Shown piece by piece: positions 1-14,100 of a stretch of 64,000 nt of DNA. The notes below the pieces were generated by a model that was given only the letters and a program-made list of their open reading frames with translations, did not search any database and was not told the DNA's origin. How positions within the stretch are numbered: position 1 is the stretch's first letter; each line of letters opens with the position of its first letter. Made by a program: the position numbers and the translations under genes. The stretch comes from Octopus sinensis (Eukaryota), in NCBI RefSeq assembly GCF_006345805.1, contig NC_043006.1:54622001-54686000 (forward strand). The letters run 5' to 3'.

Positions 1-450
1 CAGCACTTCTTTATACAGTTCTCAATTCATTCATATCATGCGTTCATAACAGCAAAGTCTTCTTTCTTGCACACATCTGATTCTTGTTATGCTCAGTTTT
101 TCACTCAGTACCTTTGTACTAACTCTTTTACTCACACTCACACTGCACATCCAACGAAGCATACTCACTTCATTTCTTTCCAGTCTTCTCAAGTCCTCTG
201 CATTCAAGACCTACGTCTCACTGCCATGTAGCATTGCAGTTCTAATGCAAGCATCATACTATTAGGGAAAGGATCTTCATTATCAGCAGTGGTAATAGTT
301 TGCTGAACTTCCTCCAACCAGTTCTCACTCTAGCTACTAGACTTTCAGAGCAACCACCTTCTTTGCTAATTACATATTCTAGATAACAAAAGCTATCAAC
401 TACTTTCAGTGAGCTCAAGTTTCGGTGTGCTTGTATGAAGTGTTCCAATG
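1..450 (-). mobile_element. RTE-clade LINE, post-RT C-terminal fragment
   Basis: LKVVDSFCYLEYVISKEGGCSESLVARVRTGWRKFSKLLPLL...AMLHGSETYVLNAEDLRRLERNEVSMLRWMC. Confidence 0.85.
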
Positions 451-529
451 CATCTAGATAAATATTAGGAATATATACGATAAAAAATTCAGGAGTATAT
501 TTTGCTAAGTAACAGGATATAGAACATAC

Positions 530-613
530 CTGAGTACCTTGGTGGGACCAAGGAGTTTCCTCCAGGTATTAATTGCATCCTCACGAGCAAGAACATGAAC
601 ACCAATTGGGCCA
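530..613 (-). CDS. NME6: NME6 coding exon (84 nt)
   Basis: Acceptor ctttcttttcgttcag, donor GTATGT; encodes GPIGVHVLAREDAINTWRKLLGPTKVL. Confidence 0.95.
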
Positions 614-3600
614 CTGAACGAAAAGAAAGAAGAAAATGTTTATCCTTTAAAATGGAATACTATAATCAAAATCTACAGGTACACATGAATTAATAATTGT
701 AAGAAAATTTTTTAGATTCATGACTGAAAAAAGAGCATAAGCACTGCTGCTGATGGTGATGATGATGATACCAATGATGATAACAATGATGATGATGACG
801 ATGACAATGTATGATATTTTATCAGTAACTTTGCAGATTCTGCTATCAACTACCTTTGGAAGTAATAATTGTTTTCAACAGAGGCATAATACAAGAAATT
901 TGAGGGGAGGGGGTTAGTTGATTAAAGTGACCCGGTACTTGAATGATACTTTATTATATTGACATCAAAGGGATGAAAGGCAAAATTGACCTTATCAGGA
1001 TTTGAAACGTGGTATTTAGATTTTGCTAAATACTCTTTCCCACAGATATTTATAAGTTATATATTTCCTGCTGTATCTTTTAGCTTTTACTTGTTTCGGT
1101 CATTTGACTGTGGCCATGCTGGGGCACTGCCTTAAGGAATTTTAGTCAAATAAATCAATCCCAGTTCATGTTCTTTTTTTTTTTTTAAGCTTGGTACTTA
1201 GAAGTGGCTGTGCGGTAAGAAGCTTGCTTACCAACCACATGCTTCTGGGTTCAGTCCCACTGGACTCAGGACCATGTGGTTGTGAAGCAAACTTCTTACC
1301 ACATAGCTATCCCTGTGCCTATATGCTTATATTTATTTTTTATTTATTTCATGTCAAACTTCATGAATAGCAGTGTCAATTGTTTCAGGTCTTCAATGGG
1401 TCAATCACTGGTCCACTGCATTTACAATAGTGAGAGTGACATGGATTTTCCTGTGTATTTTTGGGTAGAACAATTAGGGAAGGATGTCATCCTCATCATC
1501 ACCGCCATCGTCATCATTTAATGTCTATTTTCCATACTGGCATGGGTTAGATGGCTTGATTGGCAATGGTAAGCCAGAGAGCTGCACTAGGCTCCAGTCA
1601 ATTTTGGCTTGGTTTCTATGACTGGATGCGCTTCCTAAATGCCAACCACTCCACAGTGCACTGGGTGCATTTTATGTGTATTAGGAATATATACGATGGT
1701 TGCTTTATACATGTTACCAGCATGGTGACAATACAACAGTGTACTTCAGTTTGAAAGCACAAGTATACTGGTTTTCTCACTAAAGTTGACAGCTTTCACC
1801 AATATATATTAGTGAAAAATACGCACATACATAAAGATGATGCTCCAGCATGACTAACTGTAATACTAAAACACATTAATGAATATATACAACAGGTCTC
1901 TACACAGTTTCTGTTTGCTCCAGCATGGTTAAAACCATGATGGCTTAAGCAAACTAAAGAACTATAAGGTATTGTTCAACCTAAAGCTATGGCAGAAGAT
2001 ATTTTTACCAAGGTACTGTTCAGTGGGATTGAACCTAGAACCATGTGGTTGCAACGCAAATTTCTTAACCATATAGCAATATTTACTTTACAATCATTTT
2101 TCCTAAAGTAATAGGAAGGAAAGTTTTTGCAAACTTCAAACATTTGTACACTATAGGAGTAAGTATGTGAAATTGCTAGCAATAGGAAGATTGCCTTTCA
2201 TACAACTAACCTTTCTACTATAGGGTTAAATAGGAAAGGACAAAATAAAATTGCTGTAACAAAGGTCATCAGTAGATCTGGTTTTATAAAAACCTTATTG
2301 TTAGATACTAACGTGGATGAGAGATTGAAAGTGATAGAGAAGCTTGTTGCTAATGGCTGTCTCTATAACTTTTGAGATGTTGAAAGAGCCAGAAGAAGTG
2401 TGCTTTGGGAGATTAGTGTTTCTAAAAATCAGGATATAATCAAGAAAGTGATATGCTTATTATCCCAGGATAATAGCATACAGTTTGTGAGTGTTTATGA
2501 CCTTCTTGGTTGGAAGTGACCAGGAGTACTTTGCAGTTTAGCATGTATGTGTGCCTTGTATGGTTGAAAGGGATAGTCTTGGTGGATAGTTAGTGTGTGT
2601 GTGTGTAGTGTGGCAAAATATCTAAATGGGCATAGAATGTAAAGACTATCTCTGTGAAGTACTGCTTATAGAATCATGGTTGAGAAGTGAAATAAAAGAA
2701 GAATGTGGAAAATTCACAGCAATCTTTTTGGCAAGGGAGAGAAAAGATCAGCTGCAATTTAAGAGATGAGAGAGCTTGCAGATTGTGCAATGTATGGAGG
2801 CAACCTTTGTGGTATGGATGATGATGCAAGAGTTACAATGCTGGCAAAAGTCCAGTTTGAGTTTTAGTTGTGTGCAAGATATATAGGGACATGCCTAAGT
2901 GGTTCGTTTCACTCATCCACTGAGCTGTTTCTGACAGGTCAGGAATGAAGAACATGTGCTGCAAGGGATAATTAACATAGAACTGTTGGGGCCTTAACCA
3001 GTTAGTTGACTTGAAATAACATAGGGTCCAGAAAGTTGTTGCATAGAATGTGGATATGACATAGGGAGCTGTAATAAGGCACTGGTTGGATGACCTGACA
3101 GGTATAGAGATGGTGATGGCTTAGTAGTAGTGTGGTTTGGTGGTGAGAAAGGAATTAAGGTTTTTTAGTGCCTTTGTATCAGACAGGGATAATTGAATTA
3201 TAGAAATATGGGATTTAAAAAAAAAACCCAAAAAGCAACCATTTGGTGATAAACAACTATAGAGTTGACTGAAACACAATATTGTAGTATAATAAAAGTT
3301 GGTGTTACTCACCTGCACATGAAGGTTACCAATCGGTTATAGAAGAATTTTTCTGAAATGAAAAACCTAAAGTAAATAGGCTGGAAAGGGAAAGCTTTTC
3401 AAATAAATAAATGATATACCATATTTGATGGCATAAAAGATATACAGGCATATTAGATGCACTCCAATTTCAGAAGTGCGTATTCAAGGGAAAAAAACTT
3501 TCTGTGCATTAAAACATGTAATACATTCCCAACTTCACATATAGGAATTTTAAAGACATTTTTTTGAGAAAAAGTACATCTTATATGCTATCAAATAAGG

Positions 3601-3908
3601 TAAATATACTTTTATATACCTAAAATATATAGATTTAGCTGATGTAAGCAGGAAAATGGAACTCAAAACAGGAGTATAAGTATATTCGTTTATTAATACT
3701 CAGCAGAAATTATTGAGTACTCAAAGGCTGAGAGTTTCATGCATTGGCACTGATCAAAAGTATCATATATATACACACACTTTTGAGAACATTCTCTTCC
3801 AGATTTATATAAAAAGGCATAAATTTTCTGTAAAAAATCATATCTCAGAAACAAATGGGATGAAAGCACTAATACATGATTATCCAAAATTCTGATAACC
3901 TCCTTCTT

Positions 3909-3946
<38 letters not shown>

Positions 3947-6900
3947 CTTTCTTGGAGAAGAAGAAACGAAACGAATATATATATATACATACATACATAC
4001 ACACACATCAAAACAGCATCTAACTTGATGCCTCCCACAAGTTTCAGAAAAGAATATTTTAACACACACACACATTCCATACACCCACGCACACACAATT
4101 CTTTTAATACAAACTTAAAACTTGAGAAGTAAATTTTCATTATAGAATTAAAGTAAATTAATGATATACTTTACTACTGACCTTGATGCACACTATAAAA
4201 TTCTTCAGCTTGTTCTCTGCTTAATTTCACCATTTTAGTACGGACAAGCCAAAATTCATTCTCAAGCATAATTCTTCGAATTTCCTGCAAATTTCAACAT
4301 TCATTTTTAGAAAAAAATAATCTGTCAACCAGTATGCATTTACAAAAAAGGTTTAGATGTTTTGGAAGGAAGGCCTTCCTCTCCCAGGTCTTGTTGGCTT
4401 TGAATTATCATCGATGCTTCTATAACTTTCTCTTTTTCTAGGTAGTGGTATTGTTCCCATACAAACCCATTTTTACCTTTGGGAAGAGATGGTTCATATT
4501 AGTGTGATCTCTATCCATTGACCTATCTGGCCTGAGAGGCCCTATCAGGAGCTTACACTCTGCTGGTATACCTCTCAGGGTCACAGAAGCACACAAGCTA
4601 CCACACTGCAACAAGGACTGAACTTTGTGGTGATTCTAAATATTCCACTCTCTATTTAAAGTGAGATAGAATATGATTTGTATAAAACTGGCTTTATATT
4701 ATTTATGCATTACTTTTATTATATATCTTTATACATCACTATAGTATACACGTACAGACAGTTGCAATTTTGATTGTGGTTTTTTTGGACTGAGGGTGGA
4801 CAACAACTATAACCATTAATACTCATTACTAAAGCCATCATATTGAATAGTCATAGATATAACTATATCCTGCTAGCATGGTAGGTAGACATTAAATGAT
4901 GATGATGGTCAAAGCTGAAAATTTCTTTGATCATAGGTCTGCTGTATCAGAGTAATTTTAATCTAATGTTGTTTCAAGGGTGTATATTAAATTAACTCAA
5001 GTCTAGTCAATATCCACACAAATTAGCAAATGTCTTGTTTGCTGAATTCTAAGCTGGAGTGAAAGCTCCAACTTAGCTCAAAAGACCAGGGGTGTTTGTT
5101 ACTGAAAAGGCCAAACCAAGCCGAAACACTTATGTTTGACAATCTTCTGACATCATTCTGAGAGAGCTTAGTGTTTTTAACAAAAGTCTCTTAAAAGAAG
5201 TTTTCTGAGACAATATTACAGTTAGCCCTGTTCTATATTTGTATACATATCAGGTTACACACATCATTATTATAATCTAATGCTGTTTTAATTCCATGTA
5301 TTGATTTAACACAATCCTGGTTGGCTTCCTCACTAATCAGTAAATGTTTCATTTGCTGATTTCTGTATTGGAATGAAAGCTTCAACTTATCTCAGAATGA
5401 CCAAGAATACTTGTCACTGAGGAGACTAAATCAAATGGAAACACAAGTGTTTGAGAGCCTGCTGATGTCATTCTCAATGAGTTCCATACTTTTAACAAGG
5501 AATCTTTTAAGAGAAATTTCTCTCAGGTAAAGTATTATAGCTAGCACTGTCCTACATTTATATATGTTGGGTCATCCCAAAAATAATGCAGGTTTTTTAT
5601 ACCTTTTTACTTTTCAAAATTAAGACAGACTTGCAAGGCTCCTCTTTCAAAATTCACTTGTCCGTGATAAAAAATGCTACTCCAGTACTGTTCTGACCTC
5701 GTCTACAGAATTGATATTTTTTCTGACCAAATGATTTTGAAGACTGCAGAATAAATGATAATCAAATTGGGCAATATCCAGCGAATATGGTGGGTGGGGC
5801 ATTGTTTCCCATTCAAACTGCTCCAGCCTTTGGAATGTCATCCTCGCTGGATGTGGTTGAGCATTATCCTAATGGAAGGACACCTTTCGTCTTAAAACCA
5901 AAGATGGTTGTTTTTCTTCTAGCACTGGTTTGAGCTGCTCAAGCTGCTCGCAGTAGATCTTCTTTGTTATCCTTTGGTTTGGTTTTAAAAGTTCAAAGTG
6001 GAATAAACCTTTCATACCCCACCAAACAGGTAACATCTTATGTGAGTGAAGACCTTTTTTTAGCATGGAGTGCCAGTGTTTCTCTTTTTCCTACCTACTG
6101 TCTTTGGCACTTGACATTTTTACAGAGAACCCATTTCTCATTACCAGTCACTATTTGGTTAAAAAAAGGTTCATTTGTGAGATATGACAGTAAAGAAGAG
6201 CACACATTCACTCTCTGCACATGATTAAACTCAAAAAGTTTGAGAGGAACCCATTGACACAATTTGCTGACTTTTCTGATGGCACACAGGTGTCAATGAA
6301 TGTTTGAATTACCAAATCCAAGCTTCTCTGCTACTTTTTCAACAGTTACAATGGGATATTGTTCACTAGGGTTTGCAGGACTTCCTTATCAAGATCTACA
6401 GATCTCCCAAGACAAGGCTTGTCCTCTAGGCTGTAGTTTCTGGCTCGGAATTTCAGGAACCATCGTTGACGCTGGCTTATGCTTATTGTCTGATATCCAT
6501 ACACTGCATTAATATTTCTTGCACTTTCTATTGCATTGTTGCCTTTATTGAACTCATAAAGCGAAACATGCTGAATATGCTCCTTTGTCACTTCTATTAT
6601 AAAAAAATAACTGTTAAAATCAAACTGCACTCTTCAAGACTTGCACTAAGAATAAAGACAAGGTAAAATTACTACCTACTTTTATAGCAAGTTGATGCAA
6701 GTAGTTATCCCATCCCCCTCCGACTTTTAGCTCATGCAATTGAAAAAGCTGCATTACTTATGGGAGGATTACTAATGCTATTTCCAGTGTGTATATTGAT
6801 CTAACTATGCGGGGTGGGGTGGGGTGGGGTGGGGTGGAAAGAAATAACGTATTAGTCAATCAATCTACAACTTTTCACAACAATCTGTTCCAAATAAAAA

Positions 6901-9900
6901 AACTCAAAAATTTCATCGTTATATAAAAAAAGATAAAAAATTCTTTCCTGAAAATAAATGATAATCAGATTAAACTTAATCTAAATTATAATGTTCTATC
7001 TTGAAGTAATTCAAGCAAAAATGCTAATAAGAATACCACAAGATACTCTTAAAAACAAGATGGTAATAGACTGCATGCCTTTTTATGTCAGATATACATA
7101 TTACATATGTATTACATTTGTAGCATTTGTAGTAGGACATATGTGTTTATAAGTTAAGATTAGATAAATATCATTAATATTTATTTTTTTTTTAGAAGTA
7201 GTAATAACATTCTAGAATGAAATCCAGTTTGGTAAACAAACCTTTATAAATTGTCAGAACAGCAGGTTAGCATGCTCTCTCCTCCCACTCCCTATCATGC
7301 CCAATACAGCCAGCCACCATTACTTCATCAATTACTGCAACGCACCATTCTACTGTTAAGTTCTTCCCCTCCTCTTCCACTTTTAGTAATTCATGCCCTC
7401 CAACAACCTGCCCTCAACCCGTTACTTCAATTACCACAATTTCCACCAGTCAACTGCAAGAGGCTCCTATTCTTCTTATCTCTTCCAGGATGCAACCTGC
7501 TAGTATAATGTCAGCTCTCCCCCACTGCCTTTCATTTTTAAGAACTCATAAACTTTAAACAAAACTACAAGCTTACCATAACCTCCTGCCTCCTTCCTTA
7601 CCACCAGTCTGTTAGCATCCCTAGCAACATTATGGAAAGACAGGAGTCATAATGAAGACAACCAACTTTGACCAGAAGAGCAGAAATTCTGAAAAATTTG
7701 CACAGGGGAGTCAAGAACTCCATAAGATACAGGGGAGTCAACTTGTCTGGGAGAGCAAATCTCTTCTTCCATGTCTAATGTCTTCTGTCAGCTAGTCCCC
7801 TTTTCACTTCTAGAATTCTTACACACCCAATAAACCATCAGCTTACAACAAGCTGTCCCTTCCCTTACTTAATACCACTACACCCATGGCAACATTATGG
7901 AGAGAAATAAGCCTTAATGAAGGTAACTTGACTCAGGGGAAGTAGAAAGCCTGAAAATTCTGCATGGGGGTGATGTGGACACTACAAGACTCAGCACAGG
8001 CAAACTATCTTTGAGAATAGCAACTCTGAATAACAAACATAGTGTGAAAGGAGTACTTTACTCCTGCTAGACAATCTTTCTAATGTAGTTGACATGATAT
8101 ATTGAATCCATGCTGTTAAGTGATTTGTGATACAGAAAATGCATCTTAATGGGAAAAACCCTGTAAATATGACTGTCAATTCAATGAAAAAACCCTAATT
8201 GGATATGCAGAACATGCAGGACAAACACTATCATGTTAATAGTGTGTAGTAATCAAGTGGAAACATCTAACCATGGGTAAAAACCTTTCAAGACATCAAA
8301 CAGTTGCACAAACTCTTTTCCTTTCAGGTATAGGAAACAGACATCAAGCAAATGACCCACCCATAGCTGGAAACAATCTTCCTTCCTCCTTACAGGTACA
8401 AAACTTCATGCTTGTCACCATTAATGCTGGTACAATGAAAGGTAGGTCTAGTGAAATTGTAGAAATGCAAGAACAGAATAAATGTGGAGTGGATGTGTGC
8501 TGTGTACAAGGTGAGATAGAGGTGTGTGTGTGTGGGGAGGGGGGGTCAACCAGATTCTTCATGGGTAATACAATACACCACTACAAATACTTTTTTTGGT
8601 GGTGGGGTAGATATATTGTTGGCAGAGAAATGGATAGATAAGGTGTTATCTATTATAATAAGTTATTGAAACACAAATAAAATTTTAAGAAGTACATGTT
8701 CTTGTAGTGGTTTGTATACACAAACTGAGATGCACAGCAGTATATAAACAGAAACTAAGTACATTTTGTCCTTTGGCAGTTTCTTTTTACAGTTTGACAT
8801 TTTAGCTGCAAAACATTTTGATGTGTTGGTAAAGAGTAAACAAGCTTGAGTGATATAATCTCAGATGTGGGCATGCTTATGAAATGTAATGAATGTTTAA
8901 TGTATAATCACTATCATAGAAAAATATAACATCTCTATAGCAATTAAAGCTCTACATTACATGTCAGTTAGATTGAACAAAAAAATAATTTATGCCATCC
9001 ACATATGACCATGCATTTGGAAACAAAACAAAATTGAAAACATAGTTCTCATGTTTAATGTATAATTTTTAGATTTAAAAATCCAGATACGAAGTGTGCA
9101 TTATATACAAACACACACATATGCATGTACACATACTCAACAGACTGGCTTCTGTACATTCCTGTACCAAATTTCACTTGCAAAACTTTGACTGACACAA
9201 GGTTATAGTAGAGGACACTTGCTCAAGGTGTCATACCATGAAACTGAACAGAGGCTAATAACTGCAAATCAGGCTTGTTAGCCATATTTGTGTATCATAT
9301 TACTGTAGGCAGTTAAATAAGTTCTTATTTTTTCTTACAACAGATTCACACTAATACATATATATATTATCATTCAACCACGGTAGTGGTTGAATATATT
9401 CTTAAGTCCACCATTTCATCAATTGCAACGGCTTCCAAGCTTCATCACTAATTCAGTTCTCAACTAAATTGCAAACTGTTAATAGTTTTAAAGAGGACAC
9501 CTCCTCAGCTACACTTTGGCATAAACTGAGATTTGGTTCAGTAGAAAAAAAAGTTGCATAAAAATGTCAGACCTCAATTAACATAAATTTTTTAATTTTA
9601 AAATAAAAGTATACTTTTCTTAGGCTTAAATGATAGAAAAATGCCTGAGGAATTCAGAATCATTAGTCACATTGAACAAAAATTAGTGGAAAAAGAGTTA
9701 TGGGGGAAAATGTCATGAAATTTAATCTCAGTAAGTGAGGAAGTAAGAAGTAATGCCCCAAGCAATAAGAATAAAGAATATATTTCTGTGAGCTGGCAGA
9801 AACGTTAGCATGCTGGGCAAAATGTTCGCAGTTCAAATTTCGCCAAGGTTGACTTTGCCTTTTATCCATTTTGGATCTATTCAATTTGACGTACAGATTA

Positions 9901-11139
9901 TATAATTAATTTTTTTTAACTAAACACTTTGAAACTTCTGACACTGGTAGAATGTGTCACATAGAACAGGGTTTACTCTTAACGTTTTGGACAAAATTTT
10001 GTATTTTAGAAGTTATTTCGTCAGAAGTTACAGAGTAACAATGGACAAATTCATGTTTGATAAGACCCAATACACGAAACACTCAGCTTTTGACTTACTC
10101 TCTAACTTTTGCTGATGATATATATACATATAACATATATGTGTAAAAAAATCTCATAATGCAATTGAACCATATGCAATCAGATATATAATATTAAATT
10201 TAAAAATCTGAAATTGCCTGCATTCACTTTAAAATTACACAAAGATTTTGAAGAAATCTTGATACATTAAACTAGCAATTCTCAACTGGAGTCCATGTAA
10301 GATTATGTTGTTAAAATTTATTCGTTACATTTTTACAATATATAAAATATTTTAACAATTTTTTAAATACAATTCCTAATAATATTTAATTACAAAAATA
10401 GGATTTTTTTAAAACACTGAATGGCTAAGAGGGTCCAGTAGAGTAAAATAGTACTAAACAAAATGGTCATGTCAAATTCTGTAACTCTTTGTGAAAGGAA
10501 GAACTTTAGATTGCATTTAACTACAAAACCAAAAATACAGTTTCCAATAAGGAAATTTTAGTGGAGTTCTTGAGCATGCTGAGGCATCACCTTGAAGAGT
10601 TTTAGCTGAACAAATCGATCCAAGTATTTATTTTAAGTCTGGTACATATTCTATTAGACCCTTTTGTTGAATCACTAAGTTATGGGAACATGAACTAAAA
10701 CTAGTTGTCAAGGAGTAGTGGGGACCAAACACTAACACACACACACATATATATGTACACACACACACACACAAATAGTGAAAAGGTTCAAGAAAAAGTT
10801 CCATATGATGAATCATAGCAAAAATATATATAAAAAGAAGAAAAATGCACAAAAAATTTTACGCTGGTAAAAGTATATTTACGAAACAAAATATTTACAT
10901 AGTTGACTGGTTTTAGTTATATTATTCATGACAGAAGAGTTAGTGGCAATGTTATAATTTCATGTTATCATAACTTGTTCTGTTCTACCAACATGGAATG
11001 ACAACTTGTGATGACCTGAAATTATACGATTACCACAAACCATTTTGAACTGAATAGCATTAGTGAAACCAGCTGACTATGTAAACATTTTATTTCGTAA
11101 ATATATTTTTTCACCTTAAAATTTGAGTGCATTTTACTT

Positions 11140-11180
<41 letters not shown>

Positions 11181-14100
11181 CAATATCTCACAGAAGTACG
11201 TACACCCCCACCCCAAAGATTTTCAGTAAAATTGCCAAAGGAAATCAAACAAAATTTATACTGAATAAAATATATTATACATGCAAACATTATATAAATT
11301 TGGAACAAAAAACAATAAACATTTTCAAAGATATGAATGAAATATTAATTTTCAAACGATACAAAGGTATGTACACCCCAAAGAATTATTTGCTATATTC
11401 AATATTTGGTGTAACCGTCCTTGCTTTCAATGACTGCATTAAGTCTTCTTGACATAGAGTCAACTAAATTTCTGCATATAACCAATGAAATTGACTGCCA
11501 TTTATCCTGCATGATGTCTTTCAACTGTGTTACATTGCGGGGTTTTTTCTCCTTAACCTTCCTTTTTAAAACACCCCAAAGACATTCTATTGGGTTTAAA
11601 TCAGGTGACATGGTAGGCCAAGGCAATACCTTTACCTTTATATCTGATAAAAACTTAGTTGCTATCTTTAAAGTGTGTTTAGGGTCATTATCATGTTGGA
11701 ACATGGAATGTCTTCTTAGTTCCTTGATGCTTTCCAACGTTGTTTTCTGCAATATGCCACAATAAAGCCTTGAATCCATTGTTCTCTCAATAAATGTGAG
11801 TCCTCCCACATCAGCTGCACTCATGCATCCCCAAAGCATAACACTTCTGCCATTGTGTTTCATGGTAGGCATGGTGCATTTGTTGCTATTATCTTCACCT
11901 GGTTGTTGTTTAATACCATCTGACCCAAACAAGTTAATTTTAGTCTCGTTAGAAAAAAGAATTTTATTCCAAAACTCCTTCCCTTTACTCACATAGGTTT
12001 TGGCAAAAGAAAGACGACTTGATTTATGCATGGTAGTGAAGAGAGGCTTCCTACAAGGAATGTGTCCATGAAGACCACACCAGTTCAAACTTCGGAGAAC
12101 TGTTTGGGTGGATACACTCTTTCCACTAACAGAAGACACTTCTTAGGCCAAAGATGAAATGGTACAACGCCTGCTGTTCATTATGCAATGTTGGATGTGG
12201 CGAACATCCTTTTCTACTCTAGGCACAAGGCCCGACATTTTGGGGGAGGGGACCAGTCGATTAGATCGACCCCAGTATGCAACTGGTACTTGATTTATCG
12301 ACCTCGAAAGGATGAAAGGCAAAGTCGACCTCAGCAGAATTTTAACTCAGAATGTAATGGCAAACGAAATACCGCTAAGCATTTCACCCGACATGCTAAC
12401 GTTTCTGCCAACTCGCCGCCTTATGTGGCGGATATCACAGGCAGTTAAAATAGAAGGATGACCTGGATGATGTTTACTGCTTAGCTGTCCAGTAGCTTTG
12501 TACTTTTGAATTACTTTGGCAACTGTGTTTATGATAATATGTATTTGTTTGGTAATTAACTTGTATCCTAAATAATTCTTGTGCAAATTAAAAATAATTT
12601 TCTTCAAATCTTCAGATAATTCTTTTCCTTTTGGTGCCATTTTAATCACAATGAAGATTTTCCCCATGGTACACAAATCAGAATTCCTGCAGATGCATTA
12701 ACAATGACCGACGCAAAAATGCCAGGAGAAATAATTTATTAGAATTGAAATTATCAGCAATATCTGAATTTAGTAAAAGAAGTAGATAAAATATTGAATA
12801 TAGCAAATTTCCTTTAGGGTGTACATATTTTTATAACGTTTGAAAATTAATATTTCGTTCATATCTTTGAAAATGTTTATTTTGTGTTCCAAATTTGTAT
12901 AATGTTTGCATGTATAATATATTTTATTCAGTATAAATTTCATTTGATTTCCTTTGATGTTATCAGAGTAATGCCAATTTTACTGAAATATTTTAGGGGT
13001 CTACATGCTTCTGTGAGATACTGTATACACACACGCACACACACATTACATGCTTTCACATAGTTTCTATCTGCAAAATTCACTCACAAGGTATTGGTCA
13101 GCCGAGGGCTATAGTAGAAAACACTTGCCCAAGGTGCCACAGAGAGAGGCTAAACCTGGAAATACATGGTGCAAAGCAAGTCTCTTAGTTCATTATGGTT
13201 GCTAGTTAAATAGTAGAACTGAGTATTCATTTTCACACCTAAAACGAAAACAAAAAAAATTATCCAAAATTCTGTTGATCAGTGCCAAGTAAACAACTTG
13301 CTGGTGAGATTTAGCAGTTCAGAATTTGGCTGTGAAGAATCTTATTTTCTGTTATTTAATCTCTCACCATGGAAAAATTAAATGATTTACTTTATAAAAA
13401 CTAAGTGAATAAAATATCATATTTTACTTCATAAATTTGGAAATTATTCAAATAAATATTTATGAAGTAAAATACAAGGATAGTTTATTATCTTTTTTTC
13501 ATGAGGTAAATTATTCAATTATTTTCTTGGTTAGATGTGCTTAGAGATTAGCTAACAGAAACAAATTTACTTGCAGCCAAATTCTGAATTGCTGAATCTC
13601 ACGAGTGAGTTGCTTGCTTGGCACTGATCAGTGAAATTTTGGCTTTTTTTTTTTGAAGGTGGAGAAATTAATACTCAATTCCACTGTTTAACTATCAACC
13701 ACGAAGAGCCAGAAAGTTTTCTCACTAGATGTCATTTCATAATCACTTACAATCCAACAAGGTTAAACTCAAAATTTCTGTTAAAATAAAAGAAATTATT
13801 CCAAATCTTCAAATGGCCAAAGGTTAAAACAGAAAATAATTATGGTGCAGGTGTGGTTGTGTGGTAAGAAGTTTGCTTACCAACCACATGGTTCCAAGTT
13901 TAGTCCCATTGTGTGGCACCTTATGAGTAGATTTGGTGGACAAAAATTGAAAGAAGCCCACTGTTTTCTTCATTCTTCATCACTTAACATCCATACTGGC
14001 ATGGGTTGGACAGTTTGACTGGAGCTGGCAAAGCCGGAATCCACATCAGGTTCCATTGACTGTTTTGGCATACTTTCTATGTTTGGATGCCCTTCCTAAT

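Noticed and set aside
3693-4140. ORF-track peptides rich in YIYI, CVCV, THTH or ERER, here and throughout the window
   Set aside because: These are translated microsatellites, not genes.
9372-9395. Perfect 10-bp hairpin ATTCAACCAC-GGTA-GTGGTTGAAT
   Set aside because: No CTRR Helitron end or other context, and one short hairpin is unremarkable.
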